64,000 nt of DNA, taken from Alphaproteobacteria bacterium (GTDB lineage Bacteria > Pseudomonadota > Alphaproteobacteria > CACIAM-22H2). The notes under the pieces were generated by a model. It saw nothing but the letters and a program-made list of their open reading frames with translations, searched no databases and was not told the origin of the DNA. Each line of letters opens with the position of its first letter. The first letter of the stretch is position 1. Shown piece by piece: positions 26,354-39,003 of the stretch. Where the stretch lies: assembly GCA_965279355.1 (NCBI GenBank), contig OZ257155.1, forward strand, positions 4,800,335 through 4,864,334. Direction: 5' to 3'. The position numbers were made by a program, and so were the translations under genes.

Positions 26354-27024
26354 CGCGCCTCTCCCATCCACGTGGCAGCCGTATCCAGCAGTGCCGCGAG
26401 GACATCCGCATCCTTGCGCCCGGTTTTCGCGGGAACGTGAAAGCTGTGATCGGCATCCGCCGACAGGGCCAGCGTCGCGGATGTGCCGAGTGCGGCGACG
26501 ACCGGCGGCAGCAGATCGAGCCGGGCCAGCGCATCCTTTGTTCCGCTCAGGAACAGCATCGGGATCTTGATCTCGCGGAGATGCGTTGCGCGGTCCGTCG
26601 ATGGTTTGCCGGCGGGGTGCAGCGGGAAAGCGAAGAACACCAGCCCGCGCACGCCGTGCAGGGGCGAGATGGCCTGCGCCTGCGAAGTCATGCGTCCGCC
26701 GAACGAACGGCCGCCAGCGAAGAGCGGCAGGCCGGCGGCGCGACGCGCCGCTTCCGCGACGGCCGCGCGCGCCGCGGTATGAGCGATCACAGGTGCATCG
26801 GGACGCTTTGATCCACGTTCCATATAGGGAAACTGATAGCGCAGCGTGGCGATGCCGCGTTCGGCAAGACCGTCGGCAAGGGCGGTCATGGAGCGGTGCG
26901 TCATGCCGGCACCGGCGCCGTGAGCGAGGACGAGGCAAGCTCGGGCGGCTTGCGGTGTCTGCCACAGGCCGGAGACGCGCGTACTGTCGTCGAGGGTGAT
27001 GGTGGTGGGGCGCGCGTCCACCAT
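26350..27024 (-). CDS. Alpha/beta hydrolase family protein
   Basis: LAHGAGAGM, GGRSFGGR nucleophile elbow, FPLHP, ADHSF. Confidence 0.88.
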   Translation of the reverse strand: MVDARPTTITLDDSTRVSGLWQTPQAARACLVLAHGAGAGMTHRSMTALADGLAERGIATLRYQFPYMERGSKRPDAPVIAHTAARAAVAEAARRAAGLPLFAGGRSFGGRMTSQAQAISPLHGVRGLVFFAFPLHPAGKPSTDRATHLREIKIPMLFLSGTKDALARLDLLPPVVAALGTSATLALSADADHSFHVPAKTGRKDADVLAALLDTAATWMGEAR

Positions 27025-27497
27025 CAGAGGGTTTTCAGCAGCTCCGCAAGCTGGTCCGCGCATTTGCCCCAGCCTTCGTGGAAGCCCATCTTTTCATGTG
27101 TCTCGCGGTCTTCGGCGGTCCAGTGACTCGCCGTGGCGGTGTAGCGGGTCCTGTTGCCATCCGGCTCGAATGTCACGGTCGCGGTCATGAATGGTTTCGC
27201 CGACGGTTTCCAAGCCTTTGTGTAGGCGTCGGTGAAGACGAGCTTCCGGTTTGGAACGACTTCGAGATACACGCCGTGGTTCGGAAATTCTTTGCCCTCG
27301 GGATCGCGCATGACGATCAGGCTTGATCCGCCTGGCCGCACGTCGGTTTCGACTTTCGAGAGGCTCCACGGCTTTGGCACGAACCACTGTTTCATCAGGG
27401 CAGGGTCCGTCCAGCAGCGATACACCTTCTCGGGCGGGGCATCGAAGATGCGGGTCAGAACGAGATCGTGATTGGCGGGGGCGGCGGTCTGGCTCAT
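27024..27497 (-). CDS. SRPBCC/AHSA1 family protein
   Basis: DLVLTRIFDAPPEKVYRCWTDP...HEKMGFHEGW; TGATG coupling to the hydrolase. Confidence 0.9.
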   Translation of the reverse strand: MSQTAAPANHDLVLTRIFDAPPEKVYRCWTDPALMKQWFVPKPWSLSKVETDVRPGGSSLIVMRDPEGKEFPNHGVYLEVVPNRKLVFTDAYTKAWKPSAKPFMTATVTFEPDGNRTRYTATASHWTAEDRETHEKMGFHEGWGKCADQLAELLKTL

Positions 27498-27532
27498 GTC
27501 GGTCATCCTTTCCTTGCTGGATATACAACAAG

Positions 27533-27560
27533 GACGAATGGGGCGGGGGCTGGACCGACA
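27533..27560 (-). promoter_or_regulatory. Putative ECF sigma promoter (TGTCGG-N18-CGTC)
   Basis: Shares GTCGG...CCCCATTCGTC with the motif at 8812-8838. Confidence 0.45.
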
Positions 27561-27612
27561 GGTGTCCGCGGAATTTTTTGAAGGAAGGGCCCGTGGTTCG
27601 GGCCCGGGCCGA

Positions 27613-28218
27613 TCAGCCGCTGATGTCGGCCGGGTGACGCCAGAGCATGGGGCGGGCGAAATCGTCGCGCCACAGGCCGCGCTGCTCGTTGCGCGCCAGG
27701 CTTTCTTCCGGCAGGTAGCGTGCATGCTCGCGCACATCGACGACGGCCCAGCCGGCTTCCACCTGCCGTGCCGCGAGATCGAGTCCGTATTCGGTTGTGC
27801 ACTGCGCGACGATCTTGCCGTTTGCTGCAATGGTCACGCCGCGGCATTCGATGCGACGGTCGGCGATCTCGTGTTCGAGAGCCCGCCGCGCGCGAGCACC
27901 GCAGGCGAGTTGCCATGCGCCGTTTTGACAAACGAATCCCGGCGGCGGCGCGTCGATGCCCTGCAGGTGCAGCACCTGATGGCCGATCATGATCGTCGCG
28001 CCATCGATCACCTGCGCAAAGCCGGTGACGAAACCGCTCTGCCGTGCACTGAAGCCTTCGCTTACCTTGCTGCCGAGAAACACGCCGAAGGTGAGGGCCG
28101 CGAGCGCCGCGCCGGCCATGGACAGGCGAACGGAGTCGAGCCAGCGCCGCGGCCGCTGGCGGCCTAGAGATGGTACTGCAGTACCTGATTCAGAAGCGGA
28201 TTCAGGGATCGCGGTCAT
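27613..28218 (-). CDS. Thermonuclease (SNase)-like protein, probably catalytically inactive
   Basis: TM anchor; VIDGAT...LQGIDAP...CG..A..AL...V.AGWA...Y..EE..AR..QRGLW. Confidence 0.8.
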   Translation of the reverse strand: MTAIPESASESGTAVPSLGRQRPRRWLDSVRLSMAGAALAALTFGVFLGSKVSEGFSARQSGFVTGFAQVIDGATIMIGHQVLHLQGIDAPPPGFVCQNGAWQLACGARARRALEHEIADRRIECRGVTIAANGKIVAQCTTEYGLDLAARQVEAGWAVVDVREHARYLPEESLARNEQRGLWRDDFARPMLWRHPADISG

Positions 28219-28269
28219 GGGTCTGAAGCTACTCTTAGACCCGTTTTCGATTCGTTAATGTGCGAAAAC

Positions 28270-30520
<2,251 letters not shown>

Positions 30521-30523
30521 TTC

Positions 30524-31582
30524 ATGAACGATATTGTTGCGACGGCGGACGAAGACATCCTGTTCGCCCAACGCTGCTGGATAGGGCATGTCACGCTCAA
30601 CCGGCCGCGCACCTTCAACGCCCTGACCTGGGATATGTGCCGGCGCTTCGACCGGCAGATGCAGATCTGGGCGAAGGTGGACGAGATTGCCGGCGTGGTG
30701 GTGACCGGCGCCGGCGACCGTGCCTTCTGCGCCGGCGGCGATGTGCGGGCCATTGCGCTCCTTGGCAAGAACAGCAAGCTCAGCCGCGATTTCTTTTGGG
30801 ATGAATATCGTCTTAACCGGCGCCTGTACCGTTATGCCAAACCGTATGTGGCGATCGCTGACGGCATCACCATGGGCGGTGGCGTTGGCGTCTCCGCGCC
30901 GGCGAAGTATCGCGTGGTGACGGAGAAAACGCTGTTCGCGATGCCGGAGACGGCGATCGGCCTCTTCCCCGATGTCGGCGGCACTTACTATCTCTCCCGC
31001 TGTCCAGGAGAGACGGGCGTCTATCTGGCGCTCACCGGCGAGCGCATCAAGGCGGCGGACCTAATCTATACCGGCCTCTACACGCATTACGTCCGCTCCG
31101 AAGCAGTGCCCGAGCTTCTGACCAATATTGAGAACGAGGCGGTCTCGCGTGTCTTCGCCCGGACGGCCGAAGCAACGCCGGAAAAGCCAATGATGGCGCA
31201 GCGCCGCAAGATCATCGATCGCTGCTTTGCCGGTGACAGCATTGAGGCGATCCGTGACGCGTTGTCGCGTGAACAAAGCGACTGGGCGCGGGAGACACTT
31301 GCCAAGATCGACAAGACATCGCCGCTCAGTTTGCGCATTACCTTGCGGGCGCTACGTGAAGGCGCGGAGAAGAGTTTTGAGGACTGCATGAAGACGGAAT
31401 ACCGGTTGGTGCGGCGCTTCATGCAGGGGCATGATTTCTTCGAGGGCGTGCGCGCGGCGCTGATCGACAAGGACAACCAGCCACGCTGGTCACCCGCCAC
31501 GCTGGCAGACGTGACGCCCGAGATCGTCGATGCCTATTTTGCGCCGCTGACGGATGAGGACGAACTGCACTTCGACGATTAG
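30524..31582 (+). CDS. 3-hydroxyisobutyryl-CoA hydrolase (crotonase family)
   Basis: LNRP..NAL, AFCAGGD, MGGG, MPETAIGLFPDVG, DFFEGVRA.LIDKD. Confidence 0.9.
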   Translation: MNDIVATADEDILFAQRCWIGHVTLNRPRTFNALTWDMCRRFDRQMQIWAKVDEIAGVVVTGAGDRAFCAGGDVRAIALLGKNSKLSRDFFWDEYRLNRRLYRYAKPYVAIADGITMGGGVGVSAPAKYRVVTEKTLFAMPETAIGLFPDVGGTYYLSRCPGETGVYLALTGERIKAADLIYTGLYTHYVRSEAVPELLTNIENEAVSRVFARTAEATPEKPMMAQRRKIIDRCFAGDSIEAIRDALSREQSDWARETLAKIDKTSPLSLRITLRALREGAEKSFEDCMKTEYRLVRRFMQGHDFFEGVRAALIDKDNQPRWSPATLADVTPEIVDAYFAPLTDEDELHFDD

Positions 31583-31615
31583 CTCGGACGATCAAAGAAA
31601 AGGCAGGGAGGAGTC

Positions 31616-32512
31616 ATGGCAACGATTGGCTTTATCGGTCTTGGCAACATGGGCGGGCCGATGGCCCGCAATCTTGCAAAGGCAGGACACAAGGTCCGCG
31701 GCTTCGATCTTGTGAAAGCCAATCTCGATAACGCCGTTGCCGGCGGGGTCGTTGCGGCGTCAGGTGCCGCTGATGCCGTGAAAGGCGCGGAGGTTGTCAT
31801 CACCATGCTGCCGGCTGGCGAGCATGTGCGGCGTGTGTATCTCGGTGATGGCGGCGTCATCGCCGCCGCGGGCAAAGGCATTCTGCTGATCGATTCCTCG
31901 ACCATCGATGTCGAGACAGCCCGGGCCGTGGCGGACGCGGCGGCCAGGGCCGGCCTGCCAATGATCGACGCGCCGGTCTCAGGCGGAGTGGGCGGGGCGG
32001 AGGCAGGCACGCTCACCTTCATGGTGGGCGGACCTGATGACGCATACCACCGTGCGCGGCCCATCCTCGAAGCGATGGGCAAGACCATCGTTCATGCCGG
32101 AGCGGCCGGAAATGGGCAGGCGGCCAAGATCTGCAACAACATGATCCTGGGCGTTTCCATGATCGCCGTGAGCGAGGCGTTTGTTCTGGCCGAGAAGCTT
32201 GGCCTGGATGCTCAAAAGCTGTTCGACATCAGCTCCAAAGCATCGGGGCAGTGCTGGTCGATGACCGCCTACTGTCCAGCGCCCGGCCCGGTCCCGTCGG
32301 CTCCGGCGAATCGGGATTACAAAGCCGGGTTCACGACGGCCATGATGCTCAAGGATCTTACCCTGGCGCAGCAAGCCGCCGCGGTGGCGGGGGTGGCGAC
32401 TCCGATGGGCGCACTGGCGCAGTCCCTGCACGGTTTAAATGCGGCCAGTGGGCGCGCAGGGCTAGACTTTTCAAGTATCTTCAGTATGTTGCGGGGAGGA
32501 AAACCAAGTTAA
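31616..32512 (+). CDS. mmsB: 3-hydroxyisobutyrate dehydrogenase
   Basis: GFIGLGNMGGPMA, DAPVSGG, KICNNM, YCPAPGPVP. Confidence 0.94.
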   Translation: MATIGFIGLGNMGGPMARNLAKAGHKVRGFDLVKANLDNAVAGGVVAASGAADAVKGAEVVITMLPAGEHVRRVYLGDGGVIAAAGKGILLIDSSTIDVETARAVADAAARAGLPMIDAPVSGGVGGAEAGTLTFMVGGPDDAYHRARPILEAMGKTIVHAGAAGNGQAAKICNNMILGVSMIAVSEAFVLAEKLGLDAQKLFDISSKASGQCWSMTAYCPAPGPVPSAPANRDYKAGFTTAMMLKDLTLAQQAAAVAGVATPMGALAQSLHGLNAASGRAGLDFSSIFSMLRGGKPS

Positions 32513-32585
32513 TGTTGAGTTTTCCGGCAAATAAGGGCATGTTTTTCAAACATGAGTCTAATAGTAGCCTCGAAAGGATCGGCGG

Positions 32586-33059
32586 ATGAAAGCCGCATAT
32601 CTTGAAGCAGTGGCGCTAGTGGAGCGCCTGCACCGGCACTTCCTCGAGGTCGTCAAAGTCGAAATGGACCGCCTCGGGGTCCGCGACATTAACAACGTCC
32701 AGGCACTGATCCTGTACAACGTCGGCAGCGAAGAGCTGACCGTCGGTGAACTCACCCAGCGCGGCTACTATCTCGGTTCGAACGTCTCCTACAATCTCAA
32801 GAAGCTGATCGAGCAGGGCTACATCGCCCAGGCGCGGTCACCGCATGATCGCCGCTCGGTCCGCATCAAGCTGACTCAGAAGGGCCTCGATCTGCACCGC
32901 CGTCTCGACGGCATCTTCCAGCGCCATGCGGACGAACTCTCCCGCGGCACGGTGAAGCTTGAGGAAATGCAGGCGATGGATCAGGCGCTGCGCAGGATCG
33001 AGCGCTTCTGGAACGCGGCCGTCGCTGAAGGCGGCGTGCCGGTCAACAGCGCCGCCTGA
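32586..33059 (+). CDS. ldtR: MarR-type regulator, LdtR-like
   Basis: VERLHR.FL.V.K.E...NVQAL.LYN...RGYYLGSNVSYNLKKL. Confidence 0.8.
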   Translation: MKAAYLEAVALVERLHRHFLEVVKVEMDRLGVRDINNVQALILYNVGSEELTVGELTQRGYYLGSNVSYNLKKLIEQGYIAQARSPHDRRSVRIKLTQKGLDLHRRLDGIFQRHADELSRGTVKLEEMQAMDQALRRIERFWNAAVAEGGVPVNSAA

Positions 33060-33072
33060 CCGAACGCGCCGC

Positions 33073-33735
33073 CTAGCGGCGTGTCCCGCTATTGCGAAAC
33101 TCGTATACCGGACGCCCCTGCGGTCCGGGCGAAAACTCGACCTCGATGTCCGCCGTGCGTCCGCAACCCGCGACGGTCCAGCGTTCCGTCCAGCGGCCCG
33201 TATTCAGGGCCGCGCGATTCACGACGGCGCTGTTGCTGACCTGGATCGTATCGCGATCGGTGCAGCGAAGAGCGGCCGGGGCGGAAATCGACAGGGCCGT
33301 CTGCCCGGCATCGACCTGCAGCTTGAGATCGGCCAGCGATTCACCCGGGAACATCGGCAGCGGCACGACGCCCTGATTGGGACGCGCCACAAATCCGACG
33401 CTGCGCACACCCGTCTTGCCGCAAGCGTCCACTTCCCAGACTTCCTGCCAGGCTGCGGTGCGTGGCGCGGGCGACGCACCTTCGAAGACCGGTTCTTCCA
33501 GCGGCTTCCACGAGCGGCCTCGAACTGGCTTTACATCGCGACAGACGGCGAGCAACGCGTTTGGCTCAAAGGCAGAGATCGCGGCGCGTAGGGCCGTCAG
33601 ATGCGCCGGGGTACGAATGAATTCGCCCAGGCGGACGACGGAATTCGGTACGGGGTTGTTCTGGGCCCGCGCGGTTACTGGAAGCGCCGTCAGGAGAGCA
33701 ACCAGTGCGACACAGGCATGATGGACACGACTCAT
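33073..33735 (-). CDS. Hypothetical secreted protein with internal duplication
   Basis: Signal peptide (VALVALLTALPVTARA) and two W.E.W.V..CG modules. Confidence 0.7.
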   Translation of the reverse strand: MSRVHHACVALVALLTALPVTARAQNNPVPNSVVRLGEFIRTPAHLTALRAAISAFEPNALLAVCRDVKPVRGRSWKPLEEPVFEGASPAPRTAAWQEVWEVDACGKTGVRSVGFVARPNQGVVPLPMFPGESLADLKLQVDAGQTALSISAPAALRCTDRDTIQVSNSAVVNRAALNTGRWTERWTVAGCGRTADIEVEFSPGPQGRPVYEFRNSGTRR

Positions 33736-33797
33736 GGCGGTGATTGTCGCATGCCAGAGTCGGGCGGCGTCAACCGGCGATCCGTGTTGGCGTTCAA

Positions 33798-35018
33798 CTA
33801 GCCAGTGAACGCCTGTATGTCGGTTTGCGCGCGGCCGAGGATGAGGGCGTGGATATCGTGAGTGCCCTCGTAGGTATTCACGGCCTCCAGATTCAGCACA
33901 TGGCGGATGACGTGATATTCGTCGGAAACGCCGTTTCCGCCGTGCATGTCGCGCGCGACACGGGCGATGTCGAGGGCCTTGCCGCTCGAGTTGCGCTTGA
34001 TCAGGGAGATCATTTCCGGCGTTGCGCGATCCTGGTCTTTGAGATGGCCGACCCGCAGGCAGGCTTGCAGCCCCAGTGAAATCTCGGTCTGCATATCGGC
34101 AAGCTTCTTCTGGATGAGCTGGTTGGCAGCCAGGGGCCGGCCGAACTGCTTGCGGTCCAGCGTATAGGATCGCGCCTGGTGCCAGCAGAATTCCGCCGCA
34201 CCCAGCGCACCCCAGGCGATGCCGTAGCGTGCATTGTTCAGACATCCGAACGGGCCGGCCAGTCCGCTGGCGTCGGGAAGGATGCTGTCATCGGGGACTT
34301 CGACATTATCCATAACGATCTCGCCCGTGTCCGAGGCGCGCAGGCTGAACTTCCCTTCGATCTTCGGCGCGGAGAGACCCTTCACGCCCTTTTCGAGAAC
34401 GAAGCCACGGATGATGCCTTCATCGTCTTTCGCCCAGACAACGAAGACGTCGGCGATCGGAGAATTGGTGATCCACATCTTCGCGCCGTTCAGCACCCAG
34501 CCGCCGGCTACCTTGCGCGCGCGGGTTTTCATGCCGCCGGGATCGGATCCGTGATCGGGCTCGGTCAGGCCGAAACAGCCGACCCATTCGCCCGTCGCAA
34601 GTTTGGGCAGATATTTCTGCCGCTGCGCCTCGGCGCCGTAGGCATGGATGGGATGCATCACAAGCGAAGATTGAACGCTCATCGCCGAGCGATAGCCTGA
34701 GTCCACGCGCTCGACTTCGCGGGCAATCAGACCATAAGCGACATAGTTCGTTCCGGCGCAGCCGTAGCCGTCGATGGTCGAACCGAGAAATCCCATCTCG
34801 CCCATCTCGCTCAGGATTGCGCGATCGAATTTCTCATGCCTGAACCCCTCAAGCACGCGCGGCATTAGTTTTTCCTGGCAATAGGCGCGGGCACTATCGC
34901 GGATCATCCGCTCGTCTTCTGTAAGCTGGTCGTCGAGCAACAGAGGGTCGTCCCAAATGAATTTCGTGGACGACTTTGTTTTGGCGGATGACGGAGAGCG
35001 GGTCGATGCAACAGCCAT
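33798..35018 (-). CDS. gcdH: Glutaryl-CoA dehydrogenase
   Basis: [53 protein letters not shown]. Confidence 0.93.
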   Translation of the reverse strand: MAVASTRSPSSAKTKSSTKFIWDDPLLLDDQLTEDERMIRDSARAYCQEKLMPRVLEGFRHEKFDRAILSEMGEMGFLGSTIDGYGCAGTNYVAYGLIAREVERVDSGYRSAMSVQSSLVMHPIHAYGAEAQRQKYLPKLATGEWVGCFGLTEPDHGSDPGGMKTRARKVAGGWVLNGAKMWITNSPIADVFVVWAKDDEGIIRGFVLEKGVKGLSAPKIEGKFSLRASDTGEIVMDNVEVPDDSILPDASGLAGPFGCLNNARYGIAWGALGAAEFCWHQARSYTLDRKQFGRPLAANQLIQKKLADMQTEISLGLQACLRVGHLKDQDRATPEMISLIKRNSSGKALDIARVARDMHGGNGVSDEYHVIRHVLNLEAVNTYEGTHDIHALILGRAQTDIQAFTG

Positions 35019-35158
35019 AGGAAAACTCCGTGCGTGGACGGATAAAATGTAGAGCCGTCAAATATTAAAGCCCAGCATATCCCTAAAGTTTAAGATACTC
35101 GTGTTCTTTCTCGGACTCCGACCGAGACAGTATTCTTCCGGCGGAAAGTGGTGATGAA

Positions 35159-35353
35159 ATGGCCGATCGCGAAGTCATCTTCGAGTTTTTGCAGATCGGG
35201 AATTCGGTGAAGGTCACGGCCTTCGATCCCGCGACGCTTGTCGAGGTTTCCATTGTAGGGCCGCCGACGTCCAACCAGGCCAGTCTGCGCCATGCTGCCC
35301 TCCGCAAACTTGAGTATGTGTTGGCCAGAAAAGCCGCGGACAAGACCCGCTAA
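35159..35353 (+). CDS. Small conserved alphaproteobacterial protein (DUF6898-like)
   Basis: EVIFEF..IG..VKV.A.DP.T..EVSI.GP...A.RKL. Confidence 0.75.
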   Translation: MADREVIFEFLQIGNSVKVTAFDPATLVEVSIVGPPTSNQASLRHAALRKLEYVLARKAADKTR

Positions 35354-35512
35354 AGGCGCCTTTGATTACTTGGGAATTACTTTGGATTTTTCGGATATGC
35401 CGAAGACCCGGCAATACTTTATGCTGTACAGGCTGTGAGCAATTGGTTTGATTTAGGCCGTTAACCGGACGGCTGGCGCCCGATCATCGGCGCCGTTCCG
35501 GTCGAGGAAGGC

Positions 35513-36850
35513 ATGTCATCTGGTCGTGACCCGTCTGCGGCGGCCAAGTCCGCGGAACTGACATGGACGCCGCTCAAGATCAGTCAGTTCGAGGCGGCGC
35601 TTGCCGAACATGAGAAATTCGTCCGCGGCGTTGCCGGCGGTCGCCGGGCGCGGCTGGCTCATCATAATTTCGAGGGCGGCAATTTCAGCGGCCGCAATCT
35701 GACAGAGATCGACCTGGTTGGCGCGAAGCTGGCTGGCTGTCTGTTCCGAAATTCCAAACTGCTCCGCGCCAATATGTTTGCGGCCGATGTCCGGCGTGCC
35801 CAGTTCGACGGTGCCGATCTCACGCGTGCCGATCTTCGCGGCGTCTGCTTTCGCGGCTGTTCGCTGAACGGGGCGATCCTCGCATCGGCCGACATTCGTG
35901 AAGCCGTGCTTGCCCGGCCCCACGAGGAGCAGTCAGCGCGTCACCAGGCGGACTCACAGCCGGCGGATCTTTCTGTCGTGAACGCACGCGGCGCCGATCT
36001 GACAAACGCAAAGCTCGGCAGTTCATTTGTGCTGAATGCCGACTTCACAAACGCCTCCCTGAAGGGCGCCAATCTGAAAAACGCGGATCTGCGTTCGGCG
36101 AACTTTACCAACGCCAATCTTGAGGGGGCTGATCTCTCGGGATGCAAGGCGGCGGGTGCGTCGTTTCGCGGGGCGATTCTCAAGGGCGCTTCGCTGGCCG
36201 GAATCGATGTGGAGGGCGCCGATCTTTCAGGCGCGATTATCGATCCGAACGTCCTCGAAAGCGGCATTCTGGGTTCTGCAAGCCGAAACCCCAATGCCTA
36301 TCTGCAGATTGCCGACGTTGCAGCACGCGTCGCTGCGCATAAGGTTTGGCTCGATTCCGGCATGAGCGAAGGCAAGCCGGCCGATCTCGCGCGTGGTGAT
36401 CTGGGTGGCAGCAAGCTTGCCAAGCTGTCGCTGGTCGGCGCGTCGTTCCGTGAAACGTTCCTTTTTGCGTCCGATTTCACGGAGGCCGAACTGGTGCATG
36501 CTGACTTCACCAAGGCCGATTTGCGTCAGGCCCGGTTCGGTCGGGCCGATTTGCGCGGCGCGCGGCTGAATGGTGCCAACCTGATGGAGGCGGATCTCCG
36601 CTCCGCCGATCTCAGTCCGATCATGAATGTCGGCACCGAAAAGGTGACGGTGGTCGCCGATCTCAGTGGGGCGAGCCTGGTTGGCGCAAAGCTCAGCGGT
36701 GCCAATCTCAGCGGCGCGAAACTGGTCGGTACCGATTTCTCTCGCGCCGATCTGCGCAACGTGATTCTTGACGGCGCCGATCTGCGCAACGCGATCCTGG
36801 ACGGGGCCAACCTTGACGGCGTGCGGCTCGACCGTGCCGCAAGCCGCTAA
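35513..36850 (+). CDS. Pentapeptide repeat protein
   Basis: Many A(D/N)Lxx repeats; GAGG SD. Confidence 0.93.
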   Translation: MSSGRDPSAAAKSAELTWTPLKISQFEAALAEHEKFVRGVAGGRRARLAHHNFEGGNFSGRNLTEIDLVGAKLAGCLFRNSKLLRANMFAADVRRAQFDGADLTRADLRGVCFRGCSLNGAILASADIREAVLARPHEEQSARHQADSQPADLSVVNARGADLTNAKLGSSFVLNADFTNASLKGANLKNADLRSANFTNANLEGADLSGCKAAGASFRGAILKGASLAGIDVEGADLSGAIIDPNVLESGILGSASRNPNAYLQIADVAARVAAHKVWLDSGMSEGKPADLARGDLGGSKLAKLSLVGASFRETFLFASDFTEAELVHADFTKADLRQARFGRADLRGARLNGANLMEADLRSADLSPIMNVGTEKVTVVADLSGASLVGAKLSGANLSGAKLVGTDFSRADLRNVILDGADLRNAILDGANLDGVRLDRAASR

Positions 36851-36871
36851 ACCGTAGCTGAAGGCTGCTGC

Positions 36872-37975
36872 TTGACCGACAAGATCGACATGACGCCCGT
36901 TCTTGCGGCGGTTTCCGATCCGGTTCTGATCGTGAAAGGTGATTGCGTTCAGTACGCCAATCTTTCGGCGTTACAGCTACTTGGCAGAAGTGAGCCACTC
37001 ATCGGGAAGCCGATCGGCAAGATCATCAATCTGCCGGTCTTTCAGGCGCTTGCGAAAAGCGGGGCCTCGGATGGTGGCCGTCCGAACTGGCATCGAACGC
37101 AGGTCAATTGCGCTACCGGCCAACGTATCGAGGCGGATATCGCGGTCATCGCTCTTGCGGGGACGGGAACGGCGGCCGTTCTGGTGCGCGAGACGGAGCA
37201 GGCTCCAGAGCTGTCCGCCGAAAATGCGGCGATGCATTCCGTGGACAATCTGAAGCAGATCGTCGCCAACATGGCGCATGAACTCCGTACGCCGCTGAAC
37301 GCGATCATCGGCTTTTCCGACATCATTGCGCGCCGGATGTTCGGCGAGATCAATGATCGGTATGTGGGATATGCCGACGATATCCTGGCAACCGGACATC
37401 ATCTGATGCAGATCATCGACAATATCCTCGACTATGCCAAGGTCGAGGCGGGCGAGATGACGCTGGGCGCCGAGCCGCTCAACATTGCCAACGTCGTGCG
37501 CACCAGCTTGCGGCTTGTGGCCGGTCAGGCCGAAAAGGGCGGGGTGGAGCTGATCGAGGAACTGCCCGCCAATTTACCCGACATTCGCGCGGACGGCACC
37601 AAGCTGAAGCAGATCATCGTGAACCTCGCCAGCAACGCCTTGAAGTTCACGCCGCGCGGCGGCCGCGTCAGCATCGGGGGGCGGGATCTGGGCGGCGCGG
37701 TCGAGCTCTGGATCGCCGATACCGGGATCGGCATGACCGAAGCCGAAGCGCGCGATGCGCTGCTGCCCTTTCGCCAGCCAAAACGGCCGCTGGATTCCAG
37801 TTTTGCCGGTACGGGGCTGGGCCTGCCGATCGCGCGTGCGTTGGTTCGGCTGCACGGAGGCGATCTGCGCATCGACAGCAGTCCCCAGAAGGGAACCCGC
37901 GTTGCCTTTACCCTACCGAAGCGCGGCCCCTACGGCGCGGCTCCGAGCCTCAATGCCCTTCCGGGACCGCGCTAG
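36872..37975 (+). CDS. PAS + HisKA/HATPase histidine kinase, PleC/DivJ-like
   Basis: ANMAHELRTPLNAIIGFSD, NALKFT, DTGIGM, GTGLGL; no TM segment. Confidence 0.9.
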   Translation: MTDKIDMTPVLAAVSDPVLIVKGDCVQYANLSALQLLGRSEPLIGKPIGKIINLPVFQALAKSGASDGGRPNWHRTQVNCATGQRIEADIAVIALAGTGTAAVLVRETEQAPELSAENAAMHSVDNLKQIVANMAHELRTPLNAIIGFSDIIARRMFGEINDRYVGYADDILATGHHLMQIIDNILDYAKVEAGEMTLGAEPLNIANVVRTSLRLVAGQAEKGGVELIEELPANLPDIRADGTKLKQIIVNLASNALKFTPRGGRVSIGGRDLGGAVELWIADTGIGMTEAEARDALLPFRQPKRPLDSSFAGTGLGLPIARALVRLHGGDLRIDSSPQKGTRVAFTLPKRGPYGAAPSLNALPGPR

Positions 37976-38087
37976 CGCCTGACGCAGCCGGCGAATATGC
38001 GGTTGCGTCTCGTCTGCCGCGGTGCCGCGTGTTACCAAGAGAACCGAACAGGTATGCGGACGCGCGATCGGTGGAGGCCGGTCAGGC

Positions 38088-39002
38088 ATGGAGTATTTTC
38101 TCCAGCAATTAATTAACGGCATCACGCTGGGCGCCATCTACGGCCTGGTGGCTATCGGTTATACGATGGTCTACGGCATCGTGGGCATGATCAATTTCGC
38201 CCATGGCGAGATCTACATGATCGGCGCCTTTATCGCCGTGATCGGTTTCACCGTGATGTCGATGCTGGGGGTTTCCTCGGTGCCGATCGCCATCCTTCTC
38301 GTGTTGGTCATCGCCGTGCTGTTTACTTCCGCTTACGGCTGGGCGGTTGAGCGCATCGCCTACCGCCCATTGCGGGGGTCTTTCCGCCTGGCGCCGCTGA
38401 TCTCGGCGATCGGCATGTCGATCTTCCTGCAGAACTACGTTCAGGTCCTACAGGGCGCGCGGGTAAAGCCGCTGCAGCCGATGGTCACCGGCGGTATTAC
38501 CCTCATGAGCAGCGAACACTTCACCGTTACGCTTTCCTATATACAGATCATCATCGTGCTGCTGACGCTGGCCCTCATGGTGGGCTTCTCGCTGATGATC
38601 TCCCGCACCGCGCTGGGTCGAGCGCAGCGGGCCTGCGAGCAGGACCTGACGATGGCGGCATTGCTCGGCATTAATGTCGACCGCACGATCTCGCTGACCT
38701 TCGTGCTGGGCGCCGGGCTGGCCGCGGTCGCCGGTGTGATGGTGGCGCTCTACTACGGCGTGATCGATTTTTATATCGGCTTCCAGGCCGGCATTAAGGC
38801 CTTCGCCGCTGCCGTGCTGGGCGGCATCGGTTCGCTGCCGGGTGCGATGCTGGGTGGATTGCTGATTGGTCTCGTCGAGGCCTTCTGGTCCGCCTATTTC
38901 ACGATCGAGTACAAGGATCTCGCGACCTTCGGTATCCTTGTGCTTGTTCTCATCTTCCGGCCGACGGGTCTGCTCGGCCGGCCGGAGGTCGAGAAAGTCT
39001 GA
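38088..39002 (+). CDS. livH: Branched-chain amino acid ABC permease
   Basis: [32 protein letters not shown]. Confidence 0.94.
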   Translation: MEYFLQQLINGITLGAIYGLVAIGYTMVYGIVGMINFAHGEIYMIGAFIAVIGFTVMSMLGVSSVPIAILLVLVIAVLFTSAYGWAVERIAYRPLRGSFRLAPLISAIGMSIFLQNYVQVLQGARVKPLQPMVTGGITLMSSEHFTVTLSYIQIIIVLLTLALMVGFSLMISRTALGRAQRACEQDLTMAALLGINVDRTISLTFVLGAGLAAVAGVMVALYYGVIDFYIGFQAGIKAFAAAVLGGIGSLPGAMLGGLLIGLVEAFWSAYFTIEYKDLATFGILVLVLIFRPTGLLGRPEVEKV

Positions 39003-39003
39003 G

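Noticed and set aside
33736-34245. N-terminal extension of ORF 33073-34245
   Set aside because: It overlaps gcdH in another frame. The ATG at 33735 gives a signal peptide and no overlap.
35440-35470. CtrA box upstream of the pentapeptide gene
   Set aside because: Only a TTAAC half-site; no second half at the correct spacing.
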